Origin: Candidatus Bathyarchaeota archaeon
GTDB taxonomy: Archaea > Thermoproteota > Bathyarchaeia > Bathyarchaeales > Bathycorpusculaceae
Length of the DNA: 64,000 nucleotides
Assembly: GCA_963811105.1 (NCBI GenBank)
Contig: CAWEPZ010000011.1
Location: 1,280,001 to 1,344,000 of the forward strand
Reading direction: 5' to 3'
A program made the position numbers and the translations under genes. The notes under the pieces are model-generated. The model had not been told where the DNA came from and made no database searches. It was given only the letters and a program-made list of their open reading frames with translations. Below, piece after piece: positions 19,070-29,066 of the stretch (the first letter of the stretch is position 1; each line of letters begins with the position of its first letter).

Positions 19070-20695
19070 TTATTTCATTATTGCTTTGAGGTCTTCGTCT
19101 GCTGTTTTAATCGGCATGATGTTGAACTTCTCAACCAGTACCTTTAGTATGTTTGGCGTTATGAATGCGGGCAAGCTTGGTCCTAACCGAATGTCTTTGA
19201 TGCCGAGATACAGCAAGGACAGCAAAATAGCAACCGCCTTCTGTTCATACCACGAGATCACCAGTGAGAGAGGCAAATCGTTGACACCAACTCCGAAAGC
19301 GTCTGCCAAAGCCTGCGCAATTTTTACGGCTGAGTACGCGTCATTGCATTGTCCGACGTCGAGTAACCGTGGGATGTCATCGATTGTGCCTAAGTCTTTG
19401 TCGAAAAAACGGAATTTGCCGCATGCCAACGTTAGGATGATGGTGTTGCTTGGTGCTTTCTCCACGAATTCTGTGAAGTAGCTGCGTCCAGGTTTTGCAC
19501 CGTCACATCCACCCACTAAAAGGAAGCGTTTAATATGCCCGCTTTTGACGGATTCAATGACTTTGCCTGCTACACTTAAAACAGCGTTTCTACCGAATCC
19601 GACCAGAACGGTTTTGCCTTCTACGTCGTCTGTGAAGCCTGGCATCGCTAATGCTTTGTTAATGACTGGTGAGAAGTCTTTGCCTTCGATGTGTGGTACG
19701 CCTGGGTAACCGACCGGTCCAGTTGTGAAGATGTTGCCTTTGTAGCTTTCGACGGGTCGTTGGATGCAGTTGGTTGTCATGAGTATGGCGCCTGGGAACT
19801 GGGCGAATTCTTTCTGTTGGTTTTGCCATGCGGTGCCGTAATGACCGTAGAAATTAGAGTACTTCTTGAGTCCGGGGTAACCATGGGTAGGAAGCATTTC
19901 GCCGTGAGTGTAGATGGTGATGCCTTTGCCCTGCGTTTGCTTTAGAATCTCTTCTAAGTCGATTAGGTCGTGTCCTGAAACAACGATAGCTTTGCCCTTT
20001 TTGTGTCCCAACGGCACTTTTGTGGGAACTGGATGTCCATAGGTTTCCGTGTTGCCTGCATCGAGAAGTTCCATGGCACGGATGTTGATTTCACCGCACT
20101 TCAAAACTAAACCCACAAAATCGTTTACTCCAAGCGATTTGTCAAATGGAGCCACTAATCCTTGATGGATGAAATCGAAGACTTTCGGGTCTTTTTTGCC
20201 TAAAAGATACGCATGGTAAGAGTAAGCTGCAACTCCTTTTAACCCATAAGTTAGAAGCCACTGCAACGAATGAAGGTCCGGGTCAATTGTCGTGTCGGAG
20301 TTTATTCCGTGTTGTTTGCCCTGTGCAACTAAGTCTGCCATGGTGTTTTCCAACGGCAAATAAGTTGCTTTGACGCCTAATTTTTTATGCAGTTGGTCGT
20401 GTAGTTCAGCGGTTTTTTTGATGTAGGCAATGATTGCTTCTGGATCAAAATTCACGTTAGTTAAGGTTACGAAGAGTGCTTCAGCGGTGAAGACGTTGAT
20501 TTTTTCGTCTTTGAAGCCAGCTTCGTCTGCTTTTATAACAAGTTGGCTTAGTTCCCTTAGCTTGTAAACTAAGAGGTCTTGAAGGTTCGCAACGTTGGCT
20601 GTTTTGCCGCAGACCCCAGCGATTGTGCAGCCTGTGCCTTTGGCTGTTTGTTCGCATTGGTAACAGAACATTTGATTCTGACTCATACTTTTCAC
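19070..20695 (-). CDS. hcp: Hybrid cluster protein (hydroxylamine reductase)
   Basis: MFCYQCEQT...CT..GVCGK, SGHDL, HGEMLP, TTNC, GGCDG, LACGK, GQCND, WYEQKA. Confidence 0.97.
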   Translation of the reverse strand: MKSMSQNQMFCYQCEQTAKGTGCTIAGVCGKTANVANLQDLLVYKLRELSQLVIKADEAGFKDEKINVFTAEALFVTLTNVNFDPEAIIAYIKKTAELHDQLHKKLGVKATYLPLENTMADLVAQGKQHGINSDTTIDPDLHSLQWLLTYGLKGVAAYSYHAYLLGKKDPKVFDFIHQGLVAPFDKSLGVNDFVGLVLKCGEINIRAMELLDAGNTETYGHPVPTKVPLGHKKGKAIVVSGHDLIDLEEILKQTQGKGITIYTHGEMLPTHGYPGLKKYSNFYGHYGTAWQNQQKEFAQFPGAILMTTNCIQRPVESYKGNIFTTGPVGYPGVPHIEGKDFSPVINKALAMPGFTDDVEGKTVLVGFGRNAVLSVAGKVIESVKSGHIKRFLLVGGCDGAKPGRSYFTEFVEKAPSNTIILTLACGKFRFFDKDLGTIDDIPRLLDVGQCNDAYSAVKIAQALADAFGVGVNDLPLSLVISWYEQKAVAILLSLLYLGIKDIRLGPSLPAFITPNILKVLVEKFNIMPIKTADEDLKAIMK

Positions 20696-20780
20696 CTTGG
20701 TTAACTATAATGGCTTCAATGCAGATAGGGTTTACCCCGAACATGCGAGGGATTACAGAAAAACATTCACAGATGCCGGG

Positions 20781-21407
20781 TTAGATTTCCCGTTTAAAAT
20801 AATGCTCCAGCAACCTGCGCATACCCCGCCGCATAGTCTCAGAAAGCGTCGAGGTGCTAATTCTAAGCTTCGTCGCAAGCTCCTCCATACCAATTTGCCG
20901 CGGATAATCAAAAAACCCACTCTTCAGAGCTAACCAAAAAATCCTCTCCTGGTTCTCGGTTAAGACACCGATTTGCTGCTCAAACTTGCCGATTTTACGC
21001 ACGTTAACTTTGTGCCCAGCTTTTTCTAAGTCATCTATTATGCCTTTGTAGGCTTCAAAAGTCGGCACCATGAAGCTGTAGGTTATGATGTTCTCGTGCA
21101 TGCTTTTGCCCGACACCAAAAAAGCGTCGTGTGCCAAAATTGTGTTGCAGACTTCGCAGCCTTCGCTCTCCAGCCAAACCGCTGATTTGCCTTCCACATG
21201 GCCTTTAGCTGCCAGTTCTTTGGGGACTTTGTGGGCTTGGTCTTCGCCGACATCCATTAGGTGCCGCACGCAGCCGCCGCTTGAGCTGCGCACGTCAACA
21301 ACTTTTAGGTGGCTAAACCCCAAGGAAGCAAGTTTCTTTACCATTTTACACTGCTTATTTTCAACTTCAATTACAACATGATAAGGTTCACGCCAAGCAT
21401 CGACCAA
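20781..21407 (-). CDS. Bat-type HTH_10 transcriptional regulator with Cys-containing sensor domain
   Basis: LTENQERIFWLALKSGFFDYPRQIGMEELA...STLSETMRRG; CxxC in the N-terminal domain. Confidence 0.85.
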   Translation of the reverse strand: MVDAWREPYHVVIEVENKQCKMVKKLASLGFSHLKVVDVRSSSGGCVRHLMDVGEDQAHKVPKELAAKGHVEGKSAVWLESEGCEVCNTILAHDAFLVSGKSMHENIITYSFMVPTFEAYKGIIDDLEKAGHKVNVRKIGKFEQQIGVLTENQERIFWLALKSGFFDYPRQIGMEELATKLRISTSTLSETMRRGMRRLLEHYFKREI

Positions 21408-21871
21408 ACCAATCAGCCTCGTCTGTCTAAACTCAAAAACAAGCAGTTAAACATACGTCTATTCGACCAACCATAAATTGGTTTTCTGATAGTTTTTTTA
21501 CAAAGAAAAACTGGAGCTTGAACTGCTACTTAATCCAAAAGGTAATTGGTAATTAGATTAACATATTGTCTATGGGTTGGTAGATCTATAGTGTAATTTT
21601 GTGACGAGTTTAACCCGAAACTTTTGCATCAACTCTTAGGAGAATACTGGTAATGATGATTAAAGCTGTTGAACGTGAGACTTTCTTAATTAGCGTCTTC
21701 TGAACTTCAGATGTGAATTTTGCCGGTTCTGCACTTAAACTGCGTAAGTCTCTATGGTTCTGTATTCAAAGGGTTCAAGACCTATATACCCTCAAGCGAT
21801 TAAAGCAAACTCACAGAAGAAACCCCCTGTAAGAAGAGGAGTCGGTATGTTTACTTCAAAATAATCCCGGG

Positions 21872-21912
21872 TTTACTAGTAAATTGGGGTTCGAATCCCT
21901 TCCCCGGCGCCA
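21872..21912 (+). repeat. Fourth tRNA-Ser core preceded by the palindrome TTTACTAGTAAA
   Basis: TTTACTAGTAAATT followed by the exact 27-bp core at 21886-21912. Confidence 0.92.
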
Positions 21913-21947
21913 TCAACTTACTTTTGGACAAATCCCCGGCTAGCGGG

Positions 21948-22740
21948 TTATTTGGGCTTTTTGAAGATTTTGCTCTTGTCGTAATCGCAAACGTATTGGA
22001 ATCCTGCTTCTAGCAGTTTGCGTGCCTCTTCAAGTGTTCAAGCGACTTTGACAACATAATCCTGATCGCCGAAGTCTATCAATTGGGTATATCGCATCGT
22101 ATTCTTGATGTTCTTGTGACCAAGCGTTCGCATAAAGTGAAGGATATCTTTAGTTCTGTGGTTCTCCATAGTGGCTTTCCAGTGTCGCATAGTATGAAAA
22201 GTTATTCTTAACAGTCGCGGGTTTTTACTTTTATCGGCAGCTATTTTTCTGTTGCGCTCGAAAAGTCGAGCTGTTGTCGCTAGTTTGCTCCTCCAAAGAC
22301 GAACTTGTTTCTCTTTGGCAGGTCTTCTATTCGTTCCAGTAGTGTGAGGTTCTTAGGATTCTGGGATTGCTATGTTTTTCGGGTGTTATCCTTACGGTTC
22401 TTTTTTCAGCATCGATGTCTGTCCATTCTATTTGCCAGCCTTCGCCTCGCCTTGCACCTGTTTCTTTCAGCAGCTGGGTAGATGTGCCTGTCTATTTTCC
22501 TAATGAGGCGATTAAGTAGTCGATTTCACTTTCTGTCGGTATGAAAGATAGCTTTTCGACGGCTTTGATTCTGGGTGGATTCCATGTTCCGCCTAGTGAA
22601 TTGAGGGTTCTTAGGAATCTTCTTAGGCACTGAGCGTATTGAACCAGACTTTCTACGGGTGTGAAGAATAAGACGAAGTCAGAGTTTAGAAAGCGGATGA
22701 TGATTTCGATGTTAACCTTGGAACAGTGAAATTTTCGCAT
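21948..22740 (-). pseudogene. Tyrosine recombinase/integrase, disrupted
   Basis: Manual translation: KETGARRGE (catalytic R), TFHTMRHWKAT (HxxR), LGHKNIKNTMRY (H, Y); in-frame stops and frameshifts; its stop lies 35 bp from the att core. Confidence 0.88.
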
Positions 22741-22820
22741 CCATCACAGGCCTAACCGGAATTATTATCGGGCTATTTGTAGGGAAAAACCTTGATTCTT
22801 ACCAGGTGGAACCAAGCTTA

Positions 22821-23138
22821 ATGGCGAGGGGCAAACCTTGTACAGTTGAAGATGAAAGGCAACTTCGACAATTCTTAACAGAAAAAAAGTCTAGGCGTTC
22901 TATTGCAAAGATTCTGGGCAAATCCCTGACTTCTGTGCAGATGAAAACATCGCGCTTAGGCTTAGTAGTTGTTGATGGCGTGTTTTTTTCACTCCCATCA
23001 ACAACTACCTTTGATAAGTTAATTTTGCCAATTGAGTTACCTTCAATTGAGCAAGAACTAAAGATCTTGGTTGCAGCTTTGAAATATCTTGAAACGCCGA
23101 ATTTAGATAAAACTGATGTTTTGCGTTTACGCGGCATA
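22821..23138 (+). pseudogene. HTH/Myb-like protein N-terminal part, fused in frame to the DUF3800 remnant
   Basis: MARGKPCTVEDERQLRQF...SIAKILGKSLTSVQMKTSRLGL; divergent from the integrase. Confidence 0.55.
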
Positions 23139-23766
23139 GACCTCGGTTTTTCTGAAAAAGCAACAAAATATTTTATAGTAGCTTACGTAGAATGCGAGAC
23201 ACCGGTAAGACTCCGAACAGAGCTAAGACGCCTTCTAAAACGTCTACACCAAAAAGAAAGATACTCTAAGAGCCGAAACGAGCTCAAATTCTCAAGAATG
23301 GATGAATATTGCAGAAAAAGCGCCCTAACAAAAAATAATCGAGTGTGACGCTTCACTAGGCGCCGTCGTTTTAGAGAAGGCACGTGTAAAAGACGAACTA
23401 AGGAAAGATCCGCCAATTCTCTACAACTGGTTTCTAGTCCACAACATAATGCTCTCGCTTATTCCCCAAATCACCGCTGGAAACAAAATACAGATAAACT
23501 TCGACAAAAGCCTCCCAATGTAGAGAATAAACCAATTCAATTCATACGTAACAAACAAGGCCAGCTACCTCTTATATGAAACAGGAAACAGCCCCCCACC
23601 CAACTGTATTTTATTAAATCACGTAGCTTCTGAAAAAAAAGAATTCTGCCTGCAAGCAGCCGACGCAATAGCAGGAGCATACTTCCAAAAATATGAAAAA
23701 CAAAACGATGAATATGTCAAAATCATTGAGCATAAAGTTGGTTACTTCAAATATCTCTGGAAATAA
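23139..23766 (+). pseudogene. DUF3800-family protein, disrupted
   Basis: DLGFSEKATKYFIVA (preceding DESG lost), ELKFS, FDKS, C-terminal LQAADAIAGA; several frameshifts and stops. Confidence 0.7.
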
Positions 23767-23773
23767 CAGAAAC

Positions 23774-23843
23774 GCGACCCCTATCCTAATACTCCAATCC
23801 CACAAACGCGCAGGCATCATTGCCTCGGATAGGACTTACTCGC
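23774..23843 (+). ncRNA. Candidate structured RNA downstream of the DUF3800 gene
   Basis: Nested pairings GCGA/TCGC and CCTATCC/GGATAGG, plus hairpin AGGCA-TCAT-TGCCT. Confidence 0.5.
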
Positions 23844-24104
23844 AATAAAACAATATTACCTTAAAATTATTTAAGCCTTATTCTTCATGAATCCACTTCC
23901 CCTTCTTCATTAATCTTAATCCTTTGGTAACCCCTAAGGTAACCCCTTCAAAGCTGAGGCTGTAAAATTCTGCAAACAAAAGCACAGATGCCACGCGAAC
24001 CCGCGTTTGAACCCTCGGATATAGAATAGTGAAATTACTTTGAGGGTTCTTAAGCTTCAATGCCTTTACTGTCTATAATATGAAATAGTAAAAAGAGGAA
24101 TAAT

Positions 24105-24353
24105 ATGAGTAAATCAAGGCAAGGTGGCAGTTACGAGGGAAAACGTGGTCATGGCAAGGGTTTTAAACGTTGTCCAGTCGAGTTGGGAGAAGAATTAGAA
24201 GCAGAAATTACGGAATTGAGCTCAAAAGGGGAAGGCATAGCTAGAAATCAAGGCTTTCCAATTTATGTTGCCGACGCAAAACCTGGAGACCGAGTAAAAA
24301 TAAAGATAACCAGAATAACCGACAAAGCAGCAAACGCACAAGTAGTCAAATAG
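24105..24353 (+). CDS. Stand-alone TRAM-domain protein (RNA chaperone-like)
   Basis: PVELGEELEAEI...KGEGIARNQGFPIYVADAKPGDRVKIKI. Confidence 0.9.
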   Translation: MSKSRQGGSYEGKRGHGKGFKRCPVELGEELEAEITELSSKGEGIARNQGFPIYVADAKPGDRVKIKITRITDKAANAQVVK

Positions 24354-24651
24354 ATCGCGCTCAGCAAAAACGCGAACTAACATTTTTGAAAAATCAACGT
24401 GTACAGTTTAAAACTAAATAGTTAGTTAGAAATCGCGTTGCAATTTCTAAACGGGTTTAAATCCCTGTTTGACCATATCTACATTACAGAGCGAGCGGTT
24501 TTAGAACAGTAGAAAATGTTTAGTCTCCAGTCTCTTACTGTTCAAATCATCTTATTCAACGTGACTGAGATTTGGGCATTTCCTGCGAATCACAAAAACG
24601 CTTACTATGCTAAAAAAGACTATTAATGAATAAAATTATGGAGAGAATAAC

Positions 24652-26292
24652 TTGGCATATTTAACTCAAACCCAAAGTGGTCAACCTGTACTCATTCTGA
24701 AGGAGGGGACCTCTCGAAGCAGAGGGAAAGAAGCCCAGAGAAACAATATAATGGCCGCACGAGTAATTGGCGAAGTACTCAAAACAACCTTAGGCCCAAA
24801 GGGCATGGACAAAATGCTCATCGACAGCCTAGGCGACATAACAATAACAAACGACGGCGCTGCAATCCTAAAAGAAATAGACGTCGAGCACCCAGCAGCA
24901 AAAATGATGGTTGAAATCGCCAAGACACAAGACGACATGGTGGGCGACGGAACAACAACCGCCGTGGTGTTGGCCAGTGAACTTCTCAAGAAAGCTGAAG
25001 AATTATTGGATCAGAACATTCACCCAATCATACTTGTCAGTGGATACCGCAAGGCATCTCAAAAAGCAATCGAAATCATAGAGAAAATCGCGGTGCCCAT
25101 CGACGTGGAAGATCAAAAAACAATGATGAAAGTCGCCTTGACGTCCATGGGAAGTAAAGCCGTGGGTGGTGCTAAAGAGCACTTTGCAGAAATCGCCATA
25201 GAAGCTGTAAAGCAGATATCCGAGAAACGTGGAGACAAGACAATAGCAGACATAGATAACATACAGCTGGTGAAGAAGACGGGAAAAAGCCTCATCGAGA
25301 CGCAACTCGTCAGAGGCATAATCGTTGACAAAGAAGTCGTCCATCCAGCGATGCCCCGAAAAAAAGAAAACGCGAAAATCGCACTTTTAGATTCTGCATT
25401 GGAAATTGAGAAAACCGAAATGAGCGCCGAAATACGCATACGCGATCCGAACCAAATGAAAGCTTTCCTCGACCAAGAGGACAGCATGCTCAAAGACATG
25501 GTGACCAAGATCAAAGCTTCAGGCGCCGCTGTTGTGTTCTGCCAGAAAGGATTAGACGACATGGTTCAACACTACCTATCTAAAGAAGGAATAATGGCTG
25601 CCAGACGTCTCAAGGAGTCAGACATGGAGAAACTCGCAAGAGCAACAGGCGGAAGAGTTACCTCCAATTTGAACGATTTGAAGACGACAGACTTAGGTTT
25701 TGCCGGCTTGGTCGAAGAGCGCAAGATCGGCGACGACAAAATGATCTTCGTTGAAAAATGCAAAGATCCTCACTCAGTAGCCATACTGATACGAGCAGGG
25801 CTTGAACGAATGGTGGATGAAGCTGAAAGAGCAATTATCGACGCGCTTTCAGTTGTTTCAGATGTTGTTGAAAACAGCAAAATCGTCGCAGGCGGAGGAG
25901 CCGCAGAAATCGAAGTTGCAAAAGAACTGCGCAAATACGCCAACAAAGTCGGCGGAAGAGAACAATTAGCCGTTGAAGCATTCGCAGATGCAATGGAAGT
26001 AATCCCACGTACACTCGCAGAAAACGCTGGGCTAGATCCAATAGATGTACTAGCGGAACTAAGATCAGCACACGACAAAGAAACCGGCAAATACATGGGC
26101 ATAAACGTTTTCACGGGAAAAGTGCAGAACAGCATCGACAACGGCGTAATCGAACCAATCGCCGTTAAAGAACAAGCAATCAAATCCGCAGCAGAATCAG
26201 CAGCCATGATACTACGCATTGACGATGTCATAACATCCAAAGCGCCAAAAGGCGGACCAGCCGGTCGGAATGCCCGGCGGTCCCGAAGGTGA
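24652..26292 (+). CDS. ths: Thermosome (group II chaperonin) subunit; tail apparently frameshifted
   Basis: [35 protein letters not shown]; TTG start. Confidence 0.95.
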   Translation: MAYLTQTQSGQPVLILKEGTSRSRGKEAQRNNIMAARVIGEVLKTTLGPKGMDKMLIDSLGDITITNDGAAILKEIDVEHPAAKMMVEIAKTQDDMVGDGTTTAVVLASELLKKAEELLDQNIHPIILVSGYRKASQKAIEIIEKIAVPIDVEDQKTMMKVALTSMGSKAVGGAKEHFAEIAIEAVKQISEKRGDKTIADIDNIQLVKKTGKSLIETQLVRGIIVDKEVVHPAMPRKKENAKIALLDSALEIEKTEMSAEIRIRDPNQMKAFLDQEDSMLKDMVTKIKASGAAVVFCQKGLDDMVQHYLSKEGIMAARRLKESDMEKLARATGGRVTSNLNDLKTTDLGFAGLVEERKIGDDKMIFVEKCKDPHSVAILIRAGLERMVDEAERAIIDALSVVSDVVENSKIVAGGGAAEIEVAKELRKYANKVGGREQLAVEAFADAMEVIPRTLAENAGLDPIDVLAELRSAHDKETGKYMGINVFTGKVQNSIDNGVIEPIAVKEQAIKSAAESAAMILRIDDVITSKAPKGGPAGRNARRSRR

Positions 26293-26454
26293 AGAATAAA
26301 AATCGCCCAATTCTTTAAAAAATAACCGTTGTGCGTGTTTAAAAAGATCTAGCCCTGTTTAGGGGCTATGGATGAAAAAGTTACCTTGAATATTAACCCA
26401 GTTAATAGTGGTTTTTTTTGAAAGTAGGATCTTTGTAATTGTTGTTAAGGGGTG

Positions 26455-28122
26455 TTAATATTCTGGTGGCATGCCGCCGTAGCCACCGCCTGGCATTCCG
26501 CCAGGAGGCATGCGTGGAGCTTTCATCTTTCCAGAGGCGATGACATCATCGATCCTCAGTATCATTGTGGCCGCTTCGTTGGCTGACTTGATTGTCTGTT
26601 TCTTAACAGCTAAGGGTTCGTAGACTTCTAGGTCTTTCATATCTCTGATTTTTCCTTCCAAAACGTTGACACCTGCCCATTTTTCGCCCTTCTCATGGCG
26701 GGTTCTGAGCTCTAATAGAAAATCTATAGGGTCAAGGCCTGCGTTTTCGCCCAATGTTAATGGCACAATTTCCATGGCTTCGCCGAAGCTTCGGATGGCA
26801 AGTTGTTCTCTGCCTGGTAGCGTTTCAGCATAGCTTCTTAGTGCTTTAGCGATTTCCATTTCTGGAGCTCCCCCTCCCGCAACGATCTTGGGTTCCTGAA
26901 CTACGTCTCGGACTACGCATAAAGCATCGTGAAGTGATCGTTCAGCCTCATCAACAAAGCGTTTATCCGCACCTCGTATGAGAATAGCTACTGCATGGGG
27001 GTTTTTGCATCCTTCGATGAAGACCATCTTGTCGTTGCCGATCTTCCTCTCCTCAACGATTTCTGCAAAGCCTAGGTCGCTTTTTAAGAGGCTTTCTATG
27101 TTAATAACAGGCTTTCCGCCGGTGGCTTTTGATAGTTTCTTCATATCCGACTCTTTGACTCGTTGTACGGCTAAGACTCCTTTCCTAGCCAAGAAGTGCT
27201 TGACCATGTCATCTATGCCTTTCTGGCACATAACGACGTTGGCACTTGAGGAAACTATCTTTTCAACCATTGTCTTAAGCATTTTCTCTTCTTCTTGTAG
27301 GAAAGATTGTATCTGTTCTGGACGTTCAATGTTGATTTTAGCGTCGAACTCGGTCTTTTCAATCTCAAGTGCACTTTCCAATAATGCTATGTTTGCTTTT
27401 TCCACCCGTTTAGGCATGTCTGAGTGCACAACTTCCTTGTCAATAACTAATCCCTCGATGAGTTTGGTTTCAGTCATGGATTCGCCTGGCTTTTTCTCCA
27501 CCATAATATCGTCTAAGTCTACTGTGTAGTTTTCTCCAACTTTTTTGGCTACATGTAAAACGGCATTAACTACTATGTCTGCAAGTTGTTCTTTGTTCGT
27601 AGCCACCAGCTTACTGGCCATAGAGGTTGCCGCAATCTTTACCAAAAACTCTTTTCCTGTAGGTTTAACGGAAAACGCGATTTTTTCAAGGGTTTCAAGA
27701 GCTTTATCGGCTGCTTTGCTGTATCCTTCGACAATTAGGATGGGGTGTATGCCCTTGTTTATCAAGTCTTCAGCTTTTCCTAAGAGTTCGCCGGCAACTA
27801 TCACCGATGTGGTGGTTCCGTCTCCCACTTCCGCGTCTTGGGTCTTAGCTACTTCAACCATCATTTTAGCAGCTGGATGGTCAATATCCATCTTATCAAG
27901 GATAGTCCGTCCATCACTGGTAATGATTACATCGCCAGAACTATCCACCAACATCTTATCCATGCCTTTGGGGCCTAACGAACTTTTTATGGCTTCCGCG
28001 ATTGTTTTTGCTGCCATAATGTTGTTGCGTTGGACATCCCTGCCCTTAGATCGTCCAGATCCTTCCCTCATAATTAGAACAGGCACGCCACCTGTTTGCG
28101 AAGACAAAAAATATTCCTCCAT
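26455..28122 (-). CDS. ths: Thermosome (group II chaperonin) subunit, second paralog
   Basis: [25 protein letters not shown]-rich tail. Confidence 0.95.
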   Translation of the reverse strand: MEEYFLSSQTGGVPVLIMREGSGRSKGRDVQRNNIMAAKTIAEAIKSSLGPKGMDKMLVDSSGDVIITSDGRTILDKMDIDHPAAKMMVEVAKTQDAEVGDGTTTSVIVAGELLGKAEDLINKGIHPILIVEGYSKAADKALETLEKIAFSVKPTGKEFLVKIAATSMASKLVATNKEQLADIVVNAVLHVAKKVGENYTVDLDDIMVEKKPGESMTETKLIEGLVIDKEVVHSDMPKRVEKANIALLESALEIEKTEFDAKINIERPEQIQSFLQEEEKMLKTMVEKIVSSSANVVMCQKGIDDMVKHFLARKGVLAVQRVKESDMKKLSKATGGKPVINIESLLKSDLGFAEIVEERKIGNDKMVFIEGCKNPHAVAILIRGADKRFVDEAERSLHDALCVVRDVVQEPKIVAGGGAPEMEIAKALRSYAETLPGREQLAIRSFGEAMEIVPLTLGENAGLDPIDFLLELRTRHEKGEKWAGVNVLEGKIRDMKDLEVYEPLAVKKQTIKSANEAATMILRIDDVIASGKMKAPRMPPGGMPGGGYGGMPPEY

Positions 28123-28337
28123 ATATCACTACAAGCGTGATTCAGTTAAGGCTTTCCTAGTTTTGCTCCGAACCTAATTCTGCACTACTCTGAGTCTATT
28201 TCTAAACAACAAAGTTGCTTTCGCCATGCGTATCTTCCAGCTTTAGCAAGGCTTGACGCTGAAGTTGAAATACTGAAAATAGTTCTTGCATACGGACTTT
28301 CGCCCTAAATCAGGCTAGTAGCCTCTATTTCTCCTTC

Positions 28338-28520
28338 CTATTTTTTGGCAGGTGCTATATGATAGTTTTCGTATATTTCCGCTTGGGTAAGCCCGTAAAA
28401 CTCTGCGTATCCCTGCACGCGTGCTTTCTTGTTTTCAAGGCATTCAGGATTAATACAGATGTACTCGCCGCATACACCCTCTATTCGCTTAAGAATTTTA
28501 TCGCAAGCAGGACATTTCAT
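28338..28520 (-). CDS. Small Cys4 zinc-finger protein
   Basis: MKCPACDK...YICINPEC, 60 aa. Confidence 0.6.
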   Translation of the reverse strand: MKCPACDKILKRIEGVCGEYICINPECLENKKARVQGYAEFYGLTQAEIYENYHIAPAKK

Positions 28521-29066
28521 AATTACACCAAGGTTACTCCTATTCACAGTCATGTTGCCACGTCCATATATAGCAATTCACCAAAGTCATCGTCGGACCG
28601 TCACCATACCCGGGTGAAAACGCAGCCTAAAGCTGAAGAGCTTGCCCTACCTATTTTCCAGTGGTTTCTTGACTCTTGATGATTTTAGTTCTTAGACCCG
28701 ACCCCATTTCAGAGTGCATAAAACCTTGACTTTACAACAGAATTATGCTTGCGCTCAAATTCTTTTCTATCGGTTAGTCGCTATTTCTCACCTTTTTTCA
28801 TGCTTTCAGTACCCGTTCAATGATTGACATAACCAGTTTTCTAGGTAACTTACCCTTATCAAATAAGGGGCTATATGGACTACTTAGAATGTTTGTGATG
28901 ATTCTTTGTTACTTAGGAAAAACTGAAATGTTGATTGTGCATATTAGATAATCGGCGAGTTCTTAGTGAGTAAACCTAGACTTTTCAGCTTAGCACATGT
29001 GCACCTCGAAAGTTTAAGGTCGAAAGGAAAAATAAAAGATGAATTACAGATGGGGGAATAGAGGTT

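Larger units (their letters stand above)
12148..21912. mobile_element. Tandem array of three integrase-less cassettes bounded by copies of the tRNA-Ser 3' end
   Basis: 27-bp core GGGGTTCGAATCCCTTCCCCGGCGCCA at 12148, 16377 (1 mismatch), 18583 (1 mismatch) and 21886 (exact). Confidence 0.85.

Noticed and set aside
16377-21912. tRNA-like segments as extra tRNA genes, split-tRNA halves or CRISPR repeats
   Set aside because: Only the T-arm and 3' acceptor strand are present, with no splice motif or complementary leader; spacing is kilobases with whole genes between and there are no cas genes. They fit att sites.
24452-24475. GGGTTTAAATCCCTGTTTGACCA resembling another tRNA 3' end
   Set aside because: The stem pairs over only 3 bp and the sequence does not match the tRNA-Ser core
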